64,000 nucleotides of DNA from an uncultured Meiothermus sp. (GTDB lineage Bacteria > Deinococcota > Deinococci > Deinococcales > Thermaceae), in NCBI GenBank assembly GCA_937950405.1, contig CALFDH010000004.1, positions 4,316 to 68,315 of the forward strand, in the 5' to 3' direction. The position numbers and the translations under genes are program-made. Shown here in pieces: positions 12,330-22,598 of this stretch. The notes below the pieces were generated by a model. The model ran no database searches. It saw nothing but the letters and a program-made list of their open reading frames with translations, and was not told the DNA's origin. Positions within the stretch are counted from its first letter, which is position 1. Each line of letters opens with the position of its first letter.

Positions 12330-13748
12330 TCAAGTTGCAGGCGCAGGCTGGGTTTCCAGTCGTTCGCGTGCGGTACGGTACTGGAAGAAGTAAAACTCCG
12401 CCGCCAGCATGAGCGCTGCGAGCAGGGCCAGCCAGGGGGCCAGCGGCACCGTTAAGGTTGGGGGCAGGGGCTGGTCGGGGCTGGGGCGAGGCAGCAGGGT
12501 TTCGGCGGGGGTCAGGAGGCCGCTGCGGCGTTCGCCCCTGGGCGCAATCAGGTTGTAGAGCAGCACCGGGAAGGCTGGCAGATTTTGCAGGCTTTCGGCG
12601 GGGGGCAGGTACAACCCGTTCGGGTGATACCAGGCCAGGGCCTGGCCCGTTTCGCTTACGGCCAGGGGCTGCCAGCCGGGGGCTTGCGGACGCGGGGGAA
12701 TACGCAGGCTGTAACCCACCAGTTCGGCACCGCGCAGATAGGGGAGGGTGCGCTCCACGTCGAAGACCGAAGCCTGTCCGCTGGCCTGTTCGGCAAAAAA
12801 AACCGTGAAGCGGGAGGGCTCGCGGCGGGGGGTGCCGACCTCAAAGGCCATCTCGCTGGGGCTGCCCTGGCTGGTGCCCAGCAGGGCCAATAGGCGCTCG
12901 AGGGCTGGCGAACGGCCCGATACCTCCACCCGCACCAGCCGCCTGGAGAAACGGGCTTCGTTGTCCAGGGCCAGGGCATCGCTGCCTGCAATTCGGGCGG
13001 TGGGTGTGGCCGAGGGCACCTCCAGGCTGCTATAGCCTCTGGCGGGCACCTCGAGGGGGTAGCGTCTGCCATCTACCAGCACCTCGCCCCGCCACAGCCC
13101 CGGCCCCGCGTTGGCCACCGCCACAAAACCAGGGCCAATGGCGGTAATGCCCACGTTGGCGCCGTTGCCCGCCACATTCAGGTAGCCATCGGTACTGGGG
13201 GGGGCGGCCTGGTCGGCAAGGGTCAGGACGCGGGCCCCGGGCAACAGGGCCTTGCCCCTGGCAATGGCGGCCTCGAGGTCGGCGCTGGCGGTGGTGGCCT
13301 GAAGCCCCTCGAGGTTGCCCACCAGACTGCGCCCTGGGGCCGGGCCAAAGGTTCGAACCTGGCCCCCGGCCACCACCAAAACCGCCCTGGGCGAGGCCGC
13401 TAGGCGCTCATGAGCCATGGCCTTGGCCCGCTCCAGGCGGCTGGGGCTTACATCGGTAGCGGCCATCGAGGCCGAGACATCCAGCACCACCACCAGCTCA
13501 CCAGGGCGGTCCAGCGAAACCTGGGGCACGGATAGCGCCAGCACCCCCAGCAAAGCCGAAAGCAACAGTAAAAACAGCCGTGCATCGAAGCGCCGGCGAG
13601 CCCTCCCCTTGCGAAGGGCTTTTTGCCAGAGCCAGAGCCCGGCCACCTTGCGTTCGGGTGGCCGCCGACGCCGATACCACCACCACACCAGCCCAAGCAC
13701 GGGGGGCAGCAGCAGCAACAACCAGGGCAACCCAAACGCTACCTGCAC
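12330..13748 (-). CDS. BatA/vWA domain membrane protein
   Basis: N-terminal BatA-like hydrophobic segment, MIDAS DVSASM, SRLERAK, LALDNEA, C-terminal TM; TATGCT 6 nt before GTG 13748. Confidence 0.82.
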   Translation of the reverse strand: MQVAFGLPWLLLLLPPVLGLVWWWYRRRRPPERKVAGLWLWQKALRKGRARRRFDARLFLLLLSALLGVLALSVPQVSLDRPGELVVVLDVSASMAATDVSPSRLERAKAMAHERLAASPRAVLVVAGGQVRTFGPAPGRSLVGNLEGLQATTASADLEAAIARGKALLPGARVLTLADQAAPPSTDGYLNVAGNGANVGITAIGPGFVAVANAGPGLWRGEVLVDGRRYPLEVPARGYSSLEVPSATPTARIAGSDALALDNEARFSRRLVRVEVSGRSPALERLLALLGTSQGSPSEMAFEVGTPRREPSRFTVFFAEQASGQASVFDVERTLPYLRGAELVGYSLRIPPRPQAPGWQPLAVSETGQALAWYHPNGLYLPPAESLQNLPAFPVLLYNLIAPRGERRSGLLTPAETLLPRPSPDQPLPPTLTVPLAPWLALLAALMLAAEFYFFQYRTARERLETQPAPAT

Positions 13749-13943
13749 CCCTTCAGCATAGGGGTATGGCCCTGTTGGCAATGCGGACTGGCAAACCAAG
13801 TGGGCAGGGGCCAGGGGAGCGGAGGGAGAGGAGAACGGCTACCCAGTGCAAGGGTTTTTGGTTCAAGCTCTCCCGCATGCCCTGGCAAGAAGTGCGTGTT
13901 TATGCAGCCAAGCGCTGCTCCCCTGCATACAGCCACCGGGTTA

Positions 13944-14069
13944 TACCGGATTCAAAAAGATAATCACCCAAACCAGAGATTTTCAGAGGCTATCTTTTTG
14001 AATCCTAGAGCACTCCCTTCGGTCGGGTTAGTTCGCCGCCGTTCGGCGACGAACCAACCGAATCTGGTA
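13944..14069. mobile_element. MITE family C copy
   Basis: TIR TACCGGATTC...GAATCTGGTA, TTA duplicated; internal hairpin GGATTCAAAAAGATA/TATCTTTTTGAATCC; second copy at 31770. Confidence 0.85.
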
Positions 14070-14096
14070 TTATACGCTCGCCAGACGGGAGGCCAC

Positions 14097-14762
14097 ATGC
14101 AACGAGGGTGGAGGGTCTGGATACTTCTGGCGGTGGTTCTGGGCAGTACGGCCTTCGCACTGGGTTTTTCGGTGCGGGGGGCGGTGATCTACGAACTGGG
14201 TTTGAACAAGCTGGGGGTGGAGGGTGAGCTCGAGTACGCCGACCGGCTCGATGCAAACCTGACCTGGGGGGTGCGGCTCAGTACCCGGGCGGTCCCCTGG
14301 GACGCGCCCCTTGTGCTGATTGTGACCAATGGCTTCATCGAGTACCGTACCGCCCTCAAGGAAGGCCCTGACCTCTCCTCGAGCGCCTACGCCAGAGCCG
14401 AGGTGGGCCTCGGCTGGCTGCCGCAGTTTTTCCCCCGGGTGGTGCTCTCTGGCGGAATAGACAATCGGTACGCCGAGTGGGGGGGCCTCCGGGACGTGTT
14501 CGTGCAGAGCAAACTCAGCCTCGACTTCATCCCCACCGAGCGCCTCACGCCGGGGCTCGAGACCCGGGTGGGTCTGATTGTAATTCCTTTCGTGCCCTAC
14601 CTGGCGGCTGGGGTGGATTACAACTTTATAAGCAGCACCCACTCGACTAAGCTCTTCGCCGGTAGCCTGCTCTTCCTCTCGCCCCAGTTCTTTTTGGGTG
14701 TGGAAGGCGGCCTGAACCCGAACGGATTTGTTCGCCTGTTTTTTCAGTTTGCCGAGCGATAG
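14097..14762 (+). CDS. Secreted hypothetical protein, probable outer-membrane beta-barrel
   Basis: SD GGGAGG, signal peptide (AFA), alternating hydrophobic beta-strands, aromatic-rich last strand VRLFFQF. Confidence 0.65.
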   Translation: MQRGWRVWILLAVVLGSTAFALGFSVRGAVIYELGLNKLGVEGELEYADRLDANLTWGVRLSTRAVPWDAPLVLIVTNGFIEYRTALKEGPDLSSSAYARAEVGLGWLPQFFPRVVLSGGIDNRYAEWGGLRDVFVQSKLSLDFIPTERLTPGLETRVGLIVIPFVPYLAAGVDYNFISSTHSTKLFAGSLLFLSPQFFLGVEGGLNPNGFVRLFFQFAER

Positions 14763-14855
14763 GGGAGAGCATAGCTTCCCCAAGCAAAGGTCGTATGTCT
14801 CGGAGCAACCTTTGCCGATCATTGCTTTGGGCCTTCAGCTGTGGGCTTTTGGCCA

Positions 14856-16280
14856 CTACCAGCGCACCTCATAGAACCCCCGGCTGATCAGGCTGTTGCC
14901 TTCTACCACAGCATACGAAAGCCCCGAACCGAAGCGCTTGGCCAGCAGCTCCATGAAGTCGGTCAGGGCCTTGGCCAGCTCGCGGGAGGTTTGCTGATCC
15001 AGCTCGCTACCAATGGTTTGCGGAAGGGTAGCGCCGAGTTGCCCAAGCTGTTCCTGCAAGGCCGAGCCCTGGTTGCCAAAGCTGTAGCCGATGGCATTGG
15101 CCGGAATCCGGGCGCGGAAGCGACGGAAGTTGGGATCCTGGCTCCAGGGGGGGTTACCCGCTGCCCGGAGGGCGCTTTTGCTGGTTGCAATCACCAGGCG
15201 GGTGGGCTCGAGCTTGTAGTAGAGGGTTCCACCCAGACCCACCTCCACCGCTTTGAAGTCGCCCTCGTTACCCAACACCTTGAAGCCGCCCTGCCCATCC
15301 GGCGTCGAGAAGGCGGCCAGGCTTTGCAAGAGCGCCAGCAGGTTGGCCTCGGCAGTGGCGGGGTCGCGGACCTCCCAGTAGATCAGGTTGTGGCCCAGAA
15401 TGGCCTCGCTGCGGCCATCGGGGGCGGGGGGCGGTCCCTGCACCGTCACGGTGGCAAAGCGTGCCCCAAAGGCCCGTAGATCCAGGTTGAGCCGCACGTC
15501 AAACTCGCGCAACAGACCCGACAGATAAGGCCCAACCCGGCTCAGATCCAGCACCCCCGTTGAAACCGAGTAGCCCTGGGGGAGGTCGGCGGCGTTGTAG
15601 GGTCGCTCCCTGGGCAGTAGCAGGCTGGCCAAGGCCGGGTCAGGGGCGGGGTTCACGTCCAGGCGGGTCTCTTCGGTGTAGCCTCCAGCGGTGAGCTGGA
15701 TGGCATAGCTGAAGCGACGGATGGTGCGGGCAGCCCCGTTAGCCCTGGGGGGTAGGTTCAGGCTTCGGATCAGGTCTTGTGGCGGTGAACCCCACAGCAC
15801 AATGTCGCCACGCACTGGGGCTTGAAGGCCGCGGCGGTTTTGCAAAAACAAGCGGGCATACTTGGGAGTGGCAATAAACACCAACTCGCGGCTAAAACCC
15901 GTCTGGACATCCTTGTCACCCCCCACCAGCCAGCCACCCTGGGGGCGTAATCCCCGGGCATCCTGACGCAGGGCTCGCATGGCCGCTGCACTGGGCCGGG
16001 CTATGGCAAAAAATCCGTCGCTGTACAAGGCAACGGCCACGCCGCCCGCAGCGATACCCAGCAAGTCGGCATCGTTGCCGGCCTGCTTGCGCAGTTCGCG
16101 TCCTAGCAAAGCCTCCATGCCGCTCTGTTTCCAGTCGGCAGCCAGACCGCTCAGGTAGCGGCTACCGCGCAGGTCGTTCATGTAAAAGCCTGCCACAGCG
16201 CCCTGGGGAGCCAGGGCAAGCAGGTTCTGGGCCAGGGCCGGGCCAAGCAACAGCAGTACCAAAAATAATAGGCGAGCCAT
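14856..16280 (-). CDS. Secreted hypothetical protein (DUF3352-like)
   Basis: 474-aa ORF, signal peptide ALA-Q, TACCAT 6 nt before ATG; family call tentative. Confidence 0.7.
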   Translation of the reverse strand: MARLLFLVLLLLGPALAQNLLALAPQGAVAGFYMNDLRGSRYLSGLAADWKQSGMEALLGRELRKQAGNDADLLGIAAGGVAVALYSDGFFAIARPSAAAMRALRQDARGLRPQGGWLVGGDKDVQTGFSRELVFIATPKYARLFLQNRRGLQAPVRGDIVLWGSPPQDLIRSLNLPPRANGAARTIRRFSYAIQLTAGGYTEETRLDVNPAPDPALASLLLPRERPYNAADLPQGYSVSTGVLDLSRVGPYLSGLLREFDVRLNLDLRAFGARFATVTVQGPPPAPDGRSEAILGHNLIYWEVRDPATAEANLLALLQSLAAFSTPDGQGGFKVLGNEGDFKAVEVGLGGTLYYKLEPTRLVIATSKSALRAAGNPPWSQDPNFRRFRARIPANAIGYSFGNQGSALQEQLGQLGATLPQTIGSELDQQTSRELAKALTDFMELLAKRFGSGLSYAVVEGNSLISRGFYEVRW

Positions 16281-16344
16281 ACCTGTATGGTACTCGCCTT
16301 TGTCAAAAGAAGCGCCGACTTTGGCCCTGAGAACCGCGCAAAGA

Positions 16345-17217
16345 CTATAAAGCCTCTCCGTTGTAGGTCACGGTCACGTTGTTGCAGGCGTTGTAGACGA
16401 CCTGGAGGGTGTTGCCTCGAGTGTCTTCCAGCCGCCAGCTACCTCCCACGAAGGTCTCCTTGCAAGAATTGCTGTACTTGAGGCCGGTGGACCTGCCGGT
16501 GAGCCGGTACAGTTTGGTCGTGGTGCGGAAATCCAGGGTGCCCTCGTAGTTGAAGGTGCCTCCTGCGAAGGGCGATTGGGCATTGTCGGGCGCGTAGGTA
16601 GCGGTGTAGGCGTAAGTGGTGCCAAACCGCCCGTCGCTGCCGTAGATTTCAAAGTTGAAGTTGTAGCGAACCGCGTAGTTGGGGTTACTCCAGGTTACGT
16701 CCACATCCAGGTCGAGTTTGAGACCCGACTCGTTGGGCTTGCCGGTGTTGAAGGTGAGCTCGTACTGGTCGGTGTCAACGGTATAACCGCTCTTAGGGTC
16801 GTTATCGTTTTTATCTTTCAGCACGATGCTACCCTTGAGCCGGGTGTCACCCACACTGCAATTCACCTGGTAGCTGGCCTGAAGTGGAATCTTGTCGTTA
16901 TCCAGGTCTTGTTGCTGGGCCCTGGGAGGGGTTTCGCTGGCGGTACAGTCGATGGATTGGGGCTCGAGGCCCGAGGCCAGGATTACGTTTGCAACCGGTG
17001 AAGGTAGATTCTGGCCCCCTACGCGGCTGGTAGTGACCACGCCCGATGGGCTGGCGATGGTTGCGACCAGGTATTTGTTGCTCTGGACCAGGGACTCTTT
17101 TAGCTTTTGAGCATCGGACTTGGTGAGAGGGTCGGTGGTGGGCTGCTGGCCGCAGGCAGCGAGTAGACTCACCAGCACCAAGACGAGTGTGTTGGATAGT
17201 GGACGCAAGTAACTCAT
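16345..17217 (-). CDS. Hypothetical lipoprotein
   Basis: SD AGGAGG, lipobox LAAC, beta-rich T/N/Y sequence, DLDNDKIP Ca-binding-like motif. Confidence 0.8.
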   Translation of the reverse strand: MSYLRPLSNTLVLVLVSLLAACGQQPTTDPLTKSDAQKLKESLVQSNKYLVATIASPSGVVTTSRVGGQNLPSPVANVILASGLEPQSIDCTASETPPRAQQQDLDNDKIPLQASYQVNCSVGDTRLKGSIVLKDKNDNDPKSGYTVDTDQYELTFNTGKPNESGLKLDLDVDVTWSNPNYAVRYNFNFEIYGSDGRFGTTYAYTATYAPDNAQSPFAGGTFNYEGTLDFRTTTKLYRLTGRSTGLKYSNSCKETFVGGSWRLEDTRGNTLQVVYNACNNVTVTYNGEAL

Positions 17218-17243
17218 ACTTCCTCCTTGGGACACTGCTCTTT

Positions 17244-17265
17244 AGAATGATAGAACTATCGTTCT
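17244..17265. promoter_or_regulatory. Candidate TetR operator
   Basis: AGAATGATAG-AA-CTATCGTTCT inverted repeat (1 mismatch) between the divergent lipoprotein and tetR genes. Confidence 0.55.
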
Positions 17266-17324
17266 GAGTAATCAACGCGTAACGGTCTAAGCTAAAGCGT
17301 GTATTAAATCATGGTCAGGAAACT

Positions 17325-18005
17325 ATGAGTACAAACGCCAAGCCCCAACGAAAGCGCCGCGACGGCCAGGCCACCCGCGAGCGGCTGATAGAGGCCACCG
17401 TCGAGATCCTGAGCCGCGAGGGCCTGGGGGCCGTTTCCACGGCTCGAGTAGCCCGCGACGCGGGAATCGTGCAGTCGGGGTTTTATGCCCACTTCGCCAG
17501 CCTCGAGGACTGCGTGGTGGTGGCCGCCGAACACATCGGCCAGCGCATCCAGGATTCCATCCGCGAGGGGCTGGCCCTTTTGCGTGAGGAAGGCGTGGAC
17601 GACTTCGAACTGGTTTTGATCCAGTACCGCCGGATTCTGGGCCAGCTCGAGGCCCAATGGCGGTTTGTGGAGTTGCTGCTGCGCTATTTCCGCGAACCCA
17701 CACCCTTAGGGCGCACCCTGGCCGCCATCCAGCAGAGCATCCGCGACGAACTCACCCAGCACCTGATGGCCTTGCTAAAGCCCCTGGGCATTCCCAACGG
17801 AGGCCGCCCCGAGGCAGCCTTTCTGGCCGATTTGATGGTAAACATGCTGCTCAGCGCGGTGCAGAGCCTGCGCTGGGAGCCTTCTTTGAACAAGGAGCTG
17901 GTGGCCTACCTGCTGACCGTCGAGACCATTAGCATGGCCGCCCACACCTACGACTGGATGACCGAGAAAGGCTACTGGCCCGACCCAACACAGGAGCACC
18001 GATAA
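17325..18005 (+). CDS. TetR/AcrR family transcriptional regulator
   Basis: TRERLIEA...GLGAVSTARVARDAGIVQSGFYAHFASLE HTH. Confidence 0.92.
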   Translation: MSTNAKPQRKRRDGQATRERLIEATVEILSREGLGAVSTARVARDAGIVQSGFYAHFASLEDCVVVAAEHIGQRIQDSIREGLALLREEGVDDFELVLIQYRRILGQLEAQWRFVELLLRYFREPTPLGRTLAAIQQSIRDELTQHLMALLKPLGIPNGGRPEAAFLADLMVNMLLSAVQSLRWEPSLNKELVAYLLTVETISMAAHTYDWMTEKGYWPDPTQEHR

Positions 18006-18095
18006 CCGCAACCAGATACCAAATTTACGCGAACAGTTACTGAGAACGGCTGCGACAGCGCACAAGGGTCATCGAATTCAGCAACAAAACCACCT

Positions 18096-18200
18096 GTCAT
18101 TCCGAGGAGGCATTCGCCGACGAGGAATCCGGTACAGCACAGGGCCAGTAAATGTTGGGGAAGGTGGCGTATCGGATTCCTCGCTGCGCTCGGAATGACA
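18096..18200. repeat. REP-like paired inverted repeat (GTCATT-type)
   Basis: GTCATTCCGAGGAGGC..GCCGACGAGGAATCC ... GGATTCCTCGCTGCGCTCGGAATGAC; same layout as 50024-50134. Confidence 0.72.
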
Positions 18201-18263
18201 CTTTTGATTGAGATTTTGTGCCTTTCACTTCGCAGTCATGAGTATCTCTAGGATGTAGTTCCC

Positions 18264-18379
18264 AGCCCCCTCATCCGGCGAGACCCCAGGCGCAGCAATA
18301 TAAGCCCCTGCCGCAGTTCCTACTACGTCGCTGGCGGGGTGTCGCCAACTTCTCCGGCGAGGGTAGAGGGAAAGGGGTT
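18264..18379. repeat. Degenerate cruciform repeat related to the MITE B core
   Basis: Shares CCCCTCATCCGGCGA and GTCGCCA.CTTCTCC..GAGGGAAAGGGG with 11727 and MITE B. Confidence 0.58.
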
Positions 18380-18442
18380 CTGTTCAATTTGGTGTGAACG
18401 CCCATGCCCTCGAGCCCGGAATAAAGGGGATTTCCCGCTACT

Positions 18443-20413
18443 CTAGGCTTCGGCTTTCTGCCGCTCGGCAATCACCTTCTGGGCCAGGTTGGGAGGCACC
18501 TCGGCGTAGTGGGAGAACTCGAGGCTGTAAGCGCCGGTGCCCTGGGTCAGCCCTGAAAGGGTGCGGCTATACTCCAGGATTTCGGCCAGCGGGGCCTCAG
18601 CGCTCACCACAGCCAGTGCGCCTTCCTGATCCATGCCCAGGATGCGCCCCCGCCGCGACTGCATGTCCGACAGAATATCGCCCACCCGCTCCTGGGGCAC
18701 GAAAATTTTGAGGGTGTAGATGGGCTCCAGTAGCGTCGGGCTGGCCTGGGCTACCACGTTCCTGAAGGCCAGCTGGGCGGCCAGTTGGAAGGCCATGTCG
18801 GAGCTGTCTACGTCGTGGTACGAGCCGTGGTAGACGGCAGCCCTGAAACCTATCACCGGATAACCGGCCAGAGGCCCGGTTTTGGCGGCCTCCTTGATGC
18901 CCATCTCCACCGACTCCATGTACTTGGTGGGGATCACCCCACCGGTAATTTCCCACACGAACTCGTAGTTCTCGTGGGGTTCAAGTCGAAGCCACACATC
19001 GCCGTACTGGCCGTGCCCACCGGTCTGCTTTTTGTGTTTGCCCTGACCTTCGGCCTTCTTGCGAATGGTCTCGCGGTAAGGGATTTTGGGCGTGCGGCTG
19101 ATAATTTTGACCCCGTAGTCTGCCAGGCGTTCCTTGGCGGTTTCCAGATGAAGGTCGCCCATACCCCACAGGATTTGCTCCCCTGTCTCCGGGTTACGCT
19201 CGAACTTCAGGCTGGGGTCTTCTTCCAGCAGCTTACGCAGGGCATCGCCGAGCTTGGCCTCGTCGCTGCGGGTTTCCGGTGCAATGGCTTGCATCACCAC
19301 CGGGTCGGGAAGGCGAGCGGAAGGGAACTCCAGGCGCTCCCCCTGCCATAGCTCCATGCCCTTGTGCAGATTGTCGGCTTTGGGCAGGGCCAGAATAGTG
19401 CCCGCCTCGGCCTCCTCGAGCTCCACCAGATCCTTGCCTTTGGCGGTGTAGAGGTGGGCCAGCCGCACCGTGCCGTTGTCGGACTGCAAGGTGTCTCCTA
19501 CCTTGACTTTGCCGCGGTACAGCCGGGCAAAGGCCACCTGCCCCATGAAGGGGTCCACCTGCACTTTAAACACCTTGGCTGCCGTGCTGCCCTCGCCCCA
19601 GCGCTCGGTGGGGGAGGGAAGGGCCTCGAGGAACAAATCGAGTAGCATATCCAGGCCAATCAGCGCCCCGGACGAGCCTATAGCCACCGGATAAACCTGG
19701 CCCTTTCGTACCGCTTCGTGGAAGGCCCTCGAGAGGGCCACTTCTTCTACCTCGCCCCCTTCCAGGTATTTTTCCAGCAGATTCTCGTCGGTCTCGATGA
19801 TGGCCTCGCGGGCCTCGTTGCGGTACTTTTCGACCTGGGCCTTCTGTTCCTCGGGAATGCTGGCCACCACCGGGCGGCCTTTCTCGTAACGGAAGGCACG
19901 GTCATGTAACACGTCAATCAGGCCCACCCACTGGCCGTTTTCATACAGCGGCAGATGAGCCGGGATGATATGGCCCAGGGTGGAGCGCAGGTCCTCGAGG
20001 AGGGCAAAAAAGTCGCTCCCTTTCTCCAGCTTGGTTACCACCACCATGCGCGGTAGCCCCAATCGCTCGGCTACCGTCCAGGCTCGCTCGGTGCCAATCT
20101 GCACGCCGGTTTCGGCAGAGACCACCACCACCGCCGCATCGGCGGCCTCCATGGCCCCGCGAATCTCCCCTACAAAATCGGCATAGCCTGGCGCGTCGAG
20201 CAGGTAGACCCGATGCCCTTGGTAGGTCAGGGGCAACACCGCCGTGCGAACCGAGACCCGGTGGGCCTTTTCCTCCGGGGTGTAGTCCGAGGTGGTGTTG
20301 CCCTCTTCTACCTTGCCCATGCGATCCTTGCCCCCGGTGAAGTAGATGAGCGCTTCGCCGAGGGTGGTTTTTCCGCTGCCGCTGTGCCCCACGAGGGCGA
20401 CAGTGCGAATCAT
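18443..20413 (-). CDS. Elongation factor G-like protein (EF-G2)
   Basis: GHSGSGKTT, DAPGYADF, KKQTGGHGQYG, GSYHDVDSS; SD GGAGG before ATG 20413. Confidence 0.93.
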   Translation of the reverse strand: MIRTVALVGHSGSGKTTLGEALIYFTGGKDRMGKVEEGNTTSDYTPEEKAHRVSVRTAVLPLTYQGHRVYLLDAPGYADFVGEIRGAMEAADAAVVVVSAETGVQIGTERAWTVAERLGLPRMVVVTKLEKGSDFFALLEDLRSTLGHIIPAHLPLYENGQWVGLIDVLHDRAFRYEKGRPVVASIPEEQKAQVEKYRNEAREAIIETDENLLEKYLEGGEVEEVALSRAFHEAVRKGQVYPVAIGSSGALIGLDMLLDLFLEALPSPTERWGEGSTAAKVFKVQVDPFMGQVAFARLYRGKVKVGDTLQSDNGTVRLAHLYTAKGKDLVELEEAEAGTILALPKADNLHKGMELWQGERLEFPSARLPDPVVMQAIAPETRSDEAKLGDALRKLLEEDPSLKFERNPETGEQILWGMGDLHLETAKERLADYGVKIISRTPKIPYRETIRKKAEGQGKHKKQTGGHGQYGDVWLRLEPHENYEFVWEITGGVIPTKYMESVEMGIKEAAKTGPLAGYPVIGFRAAVYHGSYHDVDSSDMAFQLAAQLAFRNVVAQASPTLLEPIYTLKIFVPQERVGDILSDMQSRRGRILGMDQEGALAVVSAEAPLAEILEYSRTLSGLTQGTGAYSLEFSHYAEVPPNLAQKVIAERQKAEA

Positions 20414-20483
20414 GGTTGACCTCCTTTTGTGGCAACAGTATAAGGGTTGGGGGGAGACAAAAATACTTTTGCGCTGATGGACC

Positions 20484-20648
20484 CAAGCTTTTATCGATTT
20501 CCCCTTTCCCTCTCCCTTTGCGGGAGAGGGTGGCGACAGCACCGGCTAGTTTGGTAGTCCTTTTGCCAAACAAAACAACTCTGGCGGTAACCGCTGTCGC
20601 CGGGTGAGGGGGTGAAACGACGATGCCTAGCCAAATGATAATAGCCTG
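20484..20648. mobile_element. MITE family B copy
   Basis: CAAGCTTTTATC...GATAATAGCCTG, 165 bp; flanks TGATGGACC / TGATGAAGC. Confidence 0.82.
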
Positions 20649-20924
20649 TGATGAAGCATAGCTCATAGCGGATAGCCGAAGTTCAAGCGGTCTTTGGGTT
20701 GGTTCGCTAACCTGGCCTTTCGATGGTCGTTCGGTTGCTGACAGGTCGTGGGTCTCGGGTCTCAAGCCGCAGGTCGAGATGGTTACTGCTTTTAGCCCTT
20801 GGCTTTGGACTTTGGCAACATACTGTTCTTGGTAAGCTCTGACCCCGGCGTCCAAATAGGGCAAGTTCGTTTACCCCAGTATTCTGTTACTAACAAAACG
20901 AATGTGATACCCTGATTTTCGGGT

Positions 20925-22496
20925 ATGTTGGAACGCCTCGAGGTGCAAAACCTGGCGGTGCTGGAGCGGGTAGCGCTCGAGTTTGGCCCTGGCCTGACGG
21001 TGCTTACGGGCGAAACCGGCGCGGGCAAGAGTGTTCTGGTGGATGCATTGTCGTTGCTCCTGGGCGAAAGAGCCGAGGGCCTGATTCGCCCTGGGGCCGA
21101 TACCCTCCTGGTAACGGCTTTTTTCAATGGTAAAAGCCTTTCACGTAAGGTTTCCCAAGGGCGCAGCACCCCGCGCATCGAGGGCGAGGTGGTGAGCCTG
21201 AAGGAACTCAGCGACGAGGCTGCCCAGCACCTGACCATCCATGCCCAGCACGCAGCCCTGGCGCTTTTTGGTCGCAAGGCCCAACGTAAGTTGCTCGATT
21301 CGCAGGTAGAGCCGGGTCTGCTAGAGCAGTACCAGCGGGCCTACGCGCATTTTCAGGCCATTCTGAGCGAGACCGAACGCCTCGAGGCAGCCGCCCGCGA
21401 ACGCGAGCGCAAGCTGGATATTCTGCGATTTCAAACCGGTGAAATTGACCAGGCCAAACTGGTGGTGGGGGAAGATGAGCAGCTCTTGCAGGAGGCTGAA
21501 CGGCTGCGTCACCTCGAGACCCTGCGTGAGCGGGTTTCGGCGGCCATTGCGGCGCTCAGCGGCGATGGCGACGCCCTGGGCCTGGTCACGCTGGCCTCGC
21601 GGGAAGTGAAGGCTGCCGGACGTTTCGATGCACAACTGGAACAACTGGGCCAGGACCTCGAGAGCGCCCTGGATGGCTTGCGGGCGGTAAGCCGCGAACT
21701 CGAGGACTACCTGGAGGGCCTCGAGGCCGACCCGGAGCGCCTCGAGGTAGTGGAAGCCCGGCTGGCCCTGATAGAAAAACTCGGACGCAAGTACGGCGAG
21801 GGCATCCCGGCCATCCTGGCCTTTGCCGAGGCTGCCCGGCGCGAGCTGGCCGAACTCGAGGGCGCCAAGGATCGCCTGGCCGAACTTATTGTGCAAAAAG
21901 AAAGTGCCTGGAACGCGCTCATGTCGGCAGGTGAACAGCTCTCCAGGGCCCGTGCCCAGGCTGCCGACTGGCTTTCCAAGAAAGCCAGCGAGGAGATTCG
22001 CGCCCTGGGGATGCCGGCGGCGCGTTTTCGGGTGGGGCTCTCGCCCCTGGAAAAACCCGGTCCCGAAGGCCTGGAAGAAGTGCAGTTGTTATTTACTGCC
22101 AACCCAGGCCTGAGTGAAGCCCCCCTGGAGAAAGCCGCTTCGGGCGGGGAGCTTTCACGGGTGATGCTTGCGCTGGCCCTCCTGACCGGCTCGGAAGCCG
22201 ATACGGTTGTGTTCGACGAGGTGGACACCGGAGTAGGCGGTGAAGCGGCCTGGCAGGTGGCCGAACGTCTGGCAAGGCTGGCCCAGCAGCGCCAGGTGCT
22301 GGTGGTGACCCACCTTCCACAAATCGCAGCCCGGGCCCAAACCCACTACCGGGTGGTCAAGAATAGCCAATCGGTGCAGGTGCAGCGGGTGCAGGACGAG
22401 GAGCGGGTGCGCGAGCTGGCCCGCATGCTCTCGGGTAGCTACTCCGAAGCGGCCCTCGAGCATGCCCGTGAACTACTGATGGGTTCGGTCACGTAA
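20925..22496 (+). CDS. recN: DNA repair protein RecN
   Basis: LTGETGAGKS, coiled coil, ASGGELSRVML, FDEVDTGVGG, VTHLPQIAA. Confidence 0.96.
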   Translation: MLERLEVQNLAVLERVALEFGPGLTVLTGETGAGKSVLVDALSLLLGERAEGLIRPGADTLLVTAFFNGKSLSRKVSQGRSTPRIEGEVVSLKELSDEAAQHLTIHAQHAALALFGRKAQRKLLDSQVEPGLLEQYQRAYAHFQAILSETERLEAAARERERKLDILRFQTGEIDQAKLVVGEDEQLLQEAERLRHLETLRERVSAAIAALSGDGDALGLVTLASREVKAAGRFDAQLEQLGQDLESALDGLRAVSRELEDYLEGLEADPERLEVVEARLALIEKLGRKYGEGIPAILAFAEAARRELAELEGAKDRLAELIVQKESAWNALMSAGEQLSRARAQAADWLSKKASEEIRALGMPAARFRVGLSPLEKPGPEGLEEVQLLFTANPGLSEAPLEKAASGGELSRVMLALALLTGSEADTVVFDEVDTGVGGEAAWQVAERLARLAQQRQVLVVTHLPQIAARAQTHYRVVKNSQSVQVQRVQDEERVRELARMLSGSYSEAALEHARELLMGSVT

Positions 22497-22598
22497 CCGG
22501 TTAATTACTGTTGCGTAATGCCTGGGGTTGCTCCTAAGCTCATACTTTATAGGTCACCCTCTTATATCTGTTTATATCTGTCACCCCATATCTACCCT

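Noticed and set aside
12330-13748. vWA/BatA gene as part of a MoxR chaperone system
   Set aside because: No MoxR ATPase or DUF58 gene is adjacent; partners may lie elsewhere
18443-20413. EF-G with non-canonical GTPase motifs (GHSGSGKT, DAPGY, TKLE)
   Set aside because: Typical of the known EF-G2 paralogue in Thermaceae
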